From Eledone cirrhosa (lineage: Eukaryota): a DNA stretch of 64,000 nt. How positions within the stretch are numbered: position 1 is the first letter of the stretch; the number at the start of each line of letters is the position of its first letter. The notes beneath the pieces are model-generated. The model was not told the DNA's origin. It worked only from the letters and a program-made list of their open reading frames with translations, and did no database searches. Shown piece after piece: positions 55,030 to 64,000 of the stretch. The stretch lies in NCBI GenBank assembly GCA_964016885.1, contig OZ024760.1:23436001-23500000 (forward strand). The letters run 5' to 3'. The translations under genes were made by a program, and so were the position numbers.

Positions 55030-55545
55030 GCCCCGTCACAGCCCCGGCGGTCAAAATGGCGAAGGCGTTTCCCCGGAGGACAGCAAGGGAGACGCGCTGG
55101 AAAAGCCACTTCAACTCGCGGGGCTCACACCTGCGGCTGGCCACCTCAGCGCCTATGGTGCTGAGTAGGGAGGTAGAACTAGGGCCAAGGACACCAGAAG
55201 TCTCCACTGCCAGGGGTACAACCGCAAACCTATCGGAGAGCGACCGGTATTTGAGGGGTTTAGCCTCCTCAGTCCGACGTGCAGCAGAACCCGGGTTAAT
55301 CGCAGACTGCACCAGTTTGCGGCTGCAGAAAGTTTCGGTGCAAGTGGCATCCCAGACGAGGGGAGTACCACCGCGGAACCGGAAGACGGTCAAGCCATCT
55401 GGACTTTTGCCGTTCCCTCGGTCCAGCCCCACCGGCTTGAGCTGGATAGGGAAGCCTGCAGCGTCCAAGACATGCTTTATGACCTCGTTGAGGGCAGCAT
55501 GGCGTGTAAGGCAGCCGGCACTGCGACGTAGCTTCATACTACAAA
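55030..55545 (-). mobile_element. CRE-clade non-LTR retrotransposon 3' fragment (restriction-like endonuclease domain)
   Basis: RHAALNEVIK..KSPDGLTV..LVWDATC..KYRSL..VPLAVETSGVLG..LFQRVSLAVLRGNA matches the RLE (RH..PD..D) signature. GC-rich island. Confidence 0.82.
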
Positions 55546-55602
55546 GCATATTGTCCAACGCTGTACTGATACTGCGAATCCGACGCTATTTAGTATCATG
55601 TA

Positions 55603-55785
55603 ATAATTGTCTCTACTGTTGGCACAAGGCCAGCAATTTCCAAGTGTATTACTGGTACTTTATCTTATCGACCTCGTAAGAATGAAAATTAACCTCGGCG
55701 AGATTTGAAGTCAGAATGAAAAGGGTCGTAACTAGATGCGTCAAAGTATGGCGTCCGACCCTCTACTGATACTGCCAATCCACTA
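55603..55785 (-). mobile_element. tRNA-derived SINE
   Basis: Consensus on the minus strand. Confidence 0.85.
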
Positions 55786-55914
55786 TGGTTACTGTTTCAG
55801 GAAGGGGGCGAACTATTCGTGGAGAGGAAGGGAAAGTCGTTTAAATTATCTCCAGTTTACTACTGGTATTTTTTTTCATTGACCCCATATGGATTAAAGG
55901 CAAAAATAACCGTT

Positions 55915-56560
55915 ACTACTTTGACACCCTACTCCACCAGTCACAGACTGCGCATCAAGACGAGATATTTTTCTGCACAAAGTTCGATAACCAACAGCAG
56001 AGTTTAAAGAACAAAGATCAAGTGCAGTTCATAAGTTGACATTATCAAGCCATCGTTTTGGCTACCAGCCTCTGCTTCTTTTTATCAGACAACCTTCCTT
56101 CCAGGAATATATAATAGCTTTCGATCACCAACATCAGTCTTTAAAGAGCAAAGATCAAGGCCAGTCCATAAGTTGACATTATAAAGCCATCACTTTGGCT
56201 GCCGGCCTCTGCTTCTTTTTATAAGCCAACCTTCCTTCCAGGAATATATAATACTTTTCGACCACCAACAGCAGAGTTCAAAGCGTAAAGATCAAGTCCG
56301 GTCTATAAGTTGACATTATCAAGCCATCGTTTTGGCTGCCGGCCTCTACTTCTCTTACCAGCAAACCTTCCTACCAGGCATAACCTACTCACACCACGAG
56401 TTGATCTTTGTATATGAGCGTATAGTTTCAGTACTCTTGACAATTGATATAATTGGTCTAAGTCTGGTAAAGTATATCTCGGTCACAAACTATCATCAAA
56501 CAACAATGTTTGCTGCGTAGTATCGAATCGCTCTATGTTGTTCAGCTTTCAACAAGTCCA
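55915..56560 (-). mobile_element. RTE 3' fragment with internal 137-bp tandem triplication
   Basis: Minus strand reads LKLYAHIQRS..GRFAGKRSRGRQPKRWLDNVNL*TGLDL. Repeat units start at 55990, 56127 and 56264. Confidence 0.75.
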
Positions 56561-56699
56561 AGCAACTACTAACAAACATCAAAACGACTTTCCTATCATT
56601 TGAAGACGAAGATCTTCGATACTTATATACTAACAGTTGTGTTATTTGGTCTTGACTGTGTTAATTGATAGCCATTGCGAAATTTTAAAACAGAACATA

Positions 56700-56900
56700 A
56701 AGTACCGTACCTCAAAACCACAAAGCATATTGTCCGAAGTTCTACCAATACTACCATTCCACAACTTTTAAGTATCTTTTCATTATGGTCTCTGATTTAG
56801 GCACAAGGTCAACAATTTGGGCGGAGGGGAAAGTTGATTAAATTGACCTCATTGCGTGACTGGTGCTATATGTTATCGACCCTGTAAGGATGAAAGGTCA
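56700..56900 (-). mobile_element. Old SINE remnants
   Basis: AAAGCATATTGTCCGA..TACCA and TTAGGCACAAGGTC..TATCGACCCTGTAAGGATGAAAGG. Confidence 0.65.
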
Positions 56901-57283
56901 ATATTGCAGATTAGTTTGACTATGCAAGTAGCGTATATAATTATCTATACCACGTTATCATACGACGACTGAGGAATCTTAAAACATAGGAATTCGCTTG
57001 CTAATTGTTCGGAGTTTTCTGCGATCTGTGTTCAAATTTATCTTTAATCCTTTTGGTAATGCTAAGAAAAGAAGTACTACAATCGGGGTATATTGTTGGA
57101 GATTGTTGCACGGAATATTTGCAGCTTATCTTCGGGGTTTTGTGCATTCTATGTTCAAATACCACCTCCTCCCAACGGAAACTAGGAGATAGAATTTGAG
57201 CATTCATAATTCCGGTGAAGTACTGAGGTTTCAAGCACTAAGTTTAACGCCCTTATTCCTAAACTAGCATCCACACACATACA

Positions 57284-57330
<47 letters not shown>

Positions 57331-57757
57331 ACACCCACACGCACTCACATACAGACATACCCCTTCCTATCCCTTTTATTTCTACATTTAATTTTTTTAT
57401 GCTTTATTTTTCTCATTATATTCTATTCTTTACATTGTAACTTCCACCCTTAAAACGCCCCTTACTCCATCTCGGTATTCCTGTTCTCCCCTTATCCGGA
57501 TTTCCCCAAAGAAGGACTTATGTCTGATACGTTAAATATGTTTCCACTTGCACCAAGCGTGAACCGAATATAACTGTGTATAATTGACTCATGTGATTTG
57601 TTCGTTCATTTTAACAAGACACACACACATACTCATATACACACATATGAATGAAACAGTTCTACTCCTGTAGAAGCTCTTCTATATTAAAACATTTATA
57701 TTCTGCTATGTATTGAGTACATTACTTACAGTGGTTACCTCCGATTCAACCCGGAAT

Positions 57758-57801
<44 letters not shown>

Positions 57802-57902
57802 CTCACCTGATTAATTTCTTCGTTGTTTTTGGTATTGTAAGGCTGGGTTTTGCCTGCCGCAATTTTCAATTTGTCAAGCTATCTAAACGTAATGTTATTA
57901 CT

Positions 57903-58055
57903 CTATGCTTTGACGCATAGTGTTACGGCCCTTGCCAGTCTGAGTTCAAATCCCGCCAAGGTTAACTTTGCCTTTCATCCTTACGGGGTCGATAAAATAA
58001 AGTACCAGTAATGTACTGTGTAATTGCTGGCCTTGTGCCAATAGTAGAAACAGTT
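57903..58055 (+). mobile_element. tRNA-derived SINE, 5'-truncated
   Basis: Consensus B-box, core and tail. Confidence 0.87.
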
Positions 58056-58170
58056 ATTACTCTAAGGACCTTCCCTCATTGAGTGCTTTGCTACTCATTC
58101 CTAAATGTAGGTCGATTTTGCTTGGCCGTAGCGAAAGCTTCGATATTAATAAGCTTCCACTTGTAAATAA

Positions 58171-58220
<50 letters not shown>

Positions 58221-58627
58221 AAGTAAGTCCTTCATCAGTGACCCTCCAACCGTCCCAGGCATTTCATCGCTTTGAGGGCCATATACCTCAAATGGTGCGA
58301 ACAACGGCTAAAAAAAGTCGTTGGGACACGTAAATAAAGGGGACGTTTGGGTAACAAACAAAATGGTTTAAGCAACGGAAAGTGAGAAGAAATAGACAAG
58401 TCTCAGATCTCTATGAATATAAACTCGGTGAAATCGTGAACAAGAGACAAAAGACCATCAAACCTGGTCGAAATGTGAGCAAGGAAGGAATTTCGCACAA
58501 GTCTAACGGGGTGAAGATATATATATATGCCGGCATGTATGGCTGTGCACATTTGATTATAAAAAAGCGATATCTCCGATATCCATGTGATCTGTGTACA
58601 TGATAGACTGATTAATAGCCAGGAAAC

Positions 58628-58662
<35 letters not shown>

Positions 58663-58876
58663 GTGTGTGTGTGTATGTGTAAGTGCCTATGTGTGACTAA
58701 GTGTCGTTGTGTGTGAGTGTCTGTGTGTAATTGTAAGTGTATATTTGTATATATATATATATATACATATATATGTATGTATGAACAAATGTGTGTGTTA
58801 GATTTTGATGCAGATTAATACTTATATATATATATATATACGTATCAATATATATATATATATATATATGTATGTG

Positions 58877-58941
<65 letters not shown>

Positions 58942-58947
58942 ATATAG

Positions 58948-59014
<67 letters not shown>

Positions 59015-59061
59015 AACATATATATATATACATATATATATATATACATAAATATATATAC

Positions 59062-59094
<33 letters not shown>

Positions 59095-59153
59095 CATATA
59101 TAAATATATATATATACATATATATAAATACATATATATATATACATATATAC

Positions 59154-59202
<49 letters not shown>

Positions 59203-59530
59203 CATATATATATATATACATATATACATATACATATATATACATATATACATATACATATATATACATATATATACATATATATATATATATATACATA
59301 TATACATATATATATACATATACATATATATATATATGTACATATATATGTATATGTATATATACATATATATATACATATATTGTTATACTTTGGGAGG
59401 GCCATGTTGCCAATAAGAAACGAAATATATACATATACATATACATATATATATTTACATATATACATATATATATACATATACATATATATATATATAT
59501 ATGTACATATATATGTATATGTATATATAC

Positions 59531-59579
<49 letters not shown>

Positions 59580-59580
59580 C

Positions 59581-59627
<47 letters not shown>

Positions 59628-59646
59628 CATATATATATATACATAT

Positions 59647-59701
<55 letters not shown>

Positions 59702-59712
59702 TACATATATAT

Positions 59713-59816
<104 letters not shown>

Positions 59817-60108
59817 GTATATACATACTTACATACCTACATACATATCAAGAAAGTGACTAGACCATACTATATATCCTACTGAGTCGTTATTCCAAAG
59901 ATGATATATGAAGAAAATACTCGATCAATGGCAGTTAGACGGCGAGCTTTGCCAAATTCACTTTGGCTAACGACCAGCCTTCATCCACTTATCAGGGCTT
60001 CATATGTAACATATAAACATTTAGACATACGCACATATATAGAATACATGATATTTTGTCGCATACACCTTAATATATACTATAGCAGTGCAAAATATAC
60101 GCATATGA

Positions 60109-60165
<57 letters not shown>

Positions 60166-60460
60166 AAAACGTATGACCCCGACGGCAGAGCTCAAGTCGT
60201 TTCGACGGCGATTTCTGGACTCAGTTCACCATAAATAGCCGTCGAAACCGTTTGATCTCTACCGTCGGGTCATAATTTTTCCCATTTCCCACTCTACTAC
60301 CCTAAGTATTGAGTGCGTTATGGTCCATCTGGTTCCTTACCACATTTCCTTTGTTATATATTTATATATAACCCTTTGTTATATATATATATATATATAG
60401 GAACAAGTATGTCCCCGACGGCAGAGCTCAAGCCGTTTCGACGGCTAATTAGCCGCATAT

Positions 60461-60542
<82 letters not shown>

Positions 60543-60651
60543 GCAGAGTGTCATAAATGTATATGCATGTGTAAATAAATGTATATGTATGTATATACTT
60601 ATATATATGTATGTATATACATATATATATGTAAATATATGTATATGTATG

Positions 60652-60731
<80 letters not shown>

Positions 60732-61298
60732 AGTGTGTATGTTTGTGTGTATATATATATATATATGCGTGCGTGTGTGTGTGTGTGTGTGAGTGTGTAT
60801 ATATGTGTGTATATGTGTGTGTATGTGAGTGTGTATATATATATATGTGTTTATGCATGTATATAATCCCACTTACATAACTCTCAATCACACAATACAC
60901 TATATAATATACATGTACTACCTTTGCTTATATCGACTGTAGTCAAATATAAATTGCCTTTCGGAAGCTCGTTCGAACTCTATGCCAGGGAGTAGGGCAG
61001 AAGAGGTTTCTCTTTAATAGCGTAATACACCATCATATAATTCTATATCTTCTCTACTAACCTTGGAGTAGATTATCGTGTTTCACTATTTTAATCCAAA
61101 ATTAATGCCTCCATTGATTTTCTTAGTATCGATTCGCTAGCCACTGCCAACATGCTCTGGCTCCATAGGAATTAGGTTAGACAAATTTCCTGCTACGGTT
61201 GCAATACGTACACAAATATATATACAGAGATATGCACACATACACAGACACATAGTATATATATATGTTGTCACCTACACATAAACTCACAGAAAGAC

Positions 61299-61361
<63 letters not shown>

Positions 61362-61470
61362 AGTGTGTGTCTGTATATATATATATAACTGCACTTAATT
61401 GACACATAAACGAATGGTGTTAGGTATTAGGTTCTCTCTCTCTCTCTATATATATACATATATATATATA

Positions 61471-61539
<69 letters not shown>

Positions 61540-61578
61540 TTATATGTATATATTTATATATATATATGTATATATTTA

Positions 61579-61611
<33 letters not shown>

Positions 61612-61632
61612 ATATATGTATATATATATTTA

Positions 61633-61680
<48 letters not shown>

Positions 61681-61869
61681 TATATACATATATATATATA
61701 TACATATATATATACATATATATATATACATATATATATACATATATATATATATACATATATATATACATATATATATACATATATATATATATACATA
61801 TATATATATACATATATATATATATACATATATATATACATATATATATATATATACATATATATATAC

Positions 61870-61982
<113 letters not shown>

Positions 61983-61983
61983 C

Positions 61984-62044
<61 letters not shown>

Positions 62045-62071
62045 CATATACATATATACATATATATATTC

Positions 62072-62110
<39 letters not shown>

Positions 62111-62311
62111 AATGATATTAAATAAATATGTATTCTACAAAGTTTGTTTTATAAATATTGACATATCCAGGAAGAAGATCTGAACGGTTCAATTTTTTCC
62201 TGATTTATTTAATATCATTGATATTATACTCCAGAGAATCAGTCGAGTTCTTAGAATCAGTTATAAACATATATATTTGTTGAATTACCTACAAATTAAA
62301 TATCTCTTTTG

Positions 62312-62346
<35 letters not shown>

Positions 62347-62359
62347 TTAATATAGATGA

Positions 62360-62460
62360 GATTCTACAGGACTAGAACTGTTTCATTCTTTAGAAATCAT
62401 CAGGAATCAGTGATTCCTGATGATTTCTAAAGAATGAAACAGTTCTAGTCCTTTAGAATC
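62360..62460. ncRNA. Back-to-back hammerhead pair, family A
   Basis: Minus copy 62360-62408 is intact. Plus copy 62412-62460 has a G>T change in stem III (CTTTA). Confidence 0.72.
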
Positions 62461-62689
62461 TCATCTATATTAAAACTTTTATACTCTGCAATGTATTGAG
62501 TACCTTACTTACTGTGGTTACCTCCGATTCAACCCAGAATAACGTATATATATATCTATATATATATATATATATGTAAAAGGTAAACAGAAATAACACC
62601 ACAATCGGTACAGTATAAGAGATAGAGAGAGAGCGGGAGAGAGATTGGTATATATATAGATATACAGACACAAGCACACACACATAAAC

Positions 62690-62731
<42 letters not shown>

Positions 62732-63737
62732 GAAAATAAAACATTTATTGCTCCAATTAATCTATTAACTCTCAACAAATACCCTAAAACGACCCCGAAA
62801 CTGTATCTATGACTCCTACCAAACAAACAGTACTCACCCTCTAATATCAGCAAATCAAACGGGGTGTACCTACTCTCCCAAACTCACATTTATCAACGAT
62901 ACCCTAATACCCACACAAAGGCGCTACAGACGGTATCAAGCTGCAGCCGTCATATTACATAGTTTCTATATAATAAAGTCAAGCTCTTATTATACCTACC
63001 AATTATATAAATATATTTGGGGGTGGTCATGGAGAGAATATTGCACATAAATTGAAACACTTTTATGCTTGTTATTCAATCGTCTGTCATAGTTCTTTTG
63101 TCACACTCTGCGATATTCTCAACGACTATCTGTTCTCTTTTGTGCCTGGTCTTTTTTTCTGCTCTTAAACTTATTCTCCGTCTCCTCGTTTGTTTTTCGG
63201 TGCCATTTTCTGATTCTTCTCCGCGCATTCGCTTACACCTGCACCTTCACCTGTGTGTGAATGTCTTAGCGGTTGTCATATTTATGTTTATTATGCTAGG
63301 TTGAATCTCACGCTGTGGCACTACTCTTTTCTGCTATCAAGTCATTAGATTGTCGGCCGTTACTATTCCAGTCGTGTTTTCTGTTTAGTCTAGGTTTATC
63401 TTCTCTCATGTGTGTGTCTTCCGTAATTAGTCTCATTTATGTATCAATTCTGTGTGATGATCCAATCATTTTTTCTCTGTTATCTTTTGAGCTTTCGTGT
63501 TCTAGTTTTGTATGATGGTAAAACTCTGATAAGCTTTTCTCATCCTTAGGTTCTCAACAGCATTCTTTTAATCTCTCTCGTATGTTAGTAACTGTCTCTC
63601 GTATATATGTCGTTGTCTTCGTTCTGCACCGACTCTTATCCTAAAGACTACCGTATATATCTTATATATATATATATATATAATTGAAAAGGTAAAGAAT
63701 AACATGGTCAACGGTACAAAAAAGGATTTATTTACAG

Positions 63738-63843
63738 TCTGACAATTGTTTCACTGATTAAGTTGTCTAAAATGTGCTGAACAATTGAAGCAGTACAACT
63801 CAATTTCAAATACGTTGTTAGCTTAACCAGATCATCGGAGATA
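63738..63843 (-). ncRNA. Minimal hammerhead with long stem II (core variant CCGATGA)
   Basis: TCT-CCGATGA-T-CTGGTTAAG..CTTAATCAG-T-GAAA-CAATTG-TC^AGA. Confidence 0.62.
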
Positions 63844-64000
63844 ACTACGTAAACGTCTTGTTGAGTCAAACAACGCCGTACGCTAAAACCATCCATAATA
63901 CGAAGTATTCACAAACTCTAACTGGATTACCTATAACGATATTTTGTTATCCCTGATATATATATATATATTTATATACATATATATACATGTATCTATT

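Noticed and set aside
55008-55679. 223-aa plus-strand ORF
   Set aside because: Antisense shadow of the GC-rich CRE fragment, running into a SINE.
63060-63650. Possible Penelope ORF N-terminal remnant, weakly similar to 380-560
   Set aside because: Many stops and no diagnostic RT or GIY-YIG motif; needs a tBLASTx or HMM search.

Overview
AT-rich, microsatellite-saturated animal DNA, most likely intronic or intergenic. The SINE/RTE/(TA)n landscape resembles octopod cephalopod genomes (inference). Almost all listed ORFs are (TA)n/(CA)n artefacts. The one real long ORF (36065-39610) is an intact RTE-clade LINE (APE endonuclease, RT, three C-terminal C2H2 fingers), accompanied by four internally deleted non-autonomous relatives. 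The window also holds over 25 tRNA-derived SINE copies (two tandem arrays), fragments of CRE, R4/Dong, Tx1-like and RTE LINEs, a non-autonomous Helitron, and one candidate 213-bp host exon. The most striking hidden layer is a dense set of type I hammerhead ribozyme motifs in at least six unrelated short element families that look like Penelope-like pLTR remnants. These elements sit in (TA)n tracts and are often palindromic, with back-to-back ribozymes on both strands. Several have very long or branched stem II, and five families share a YACTC...GAGTR hairpin in their tails. All folds were read by eye, and most element boundaries are approximate (about 10-20 bp).
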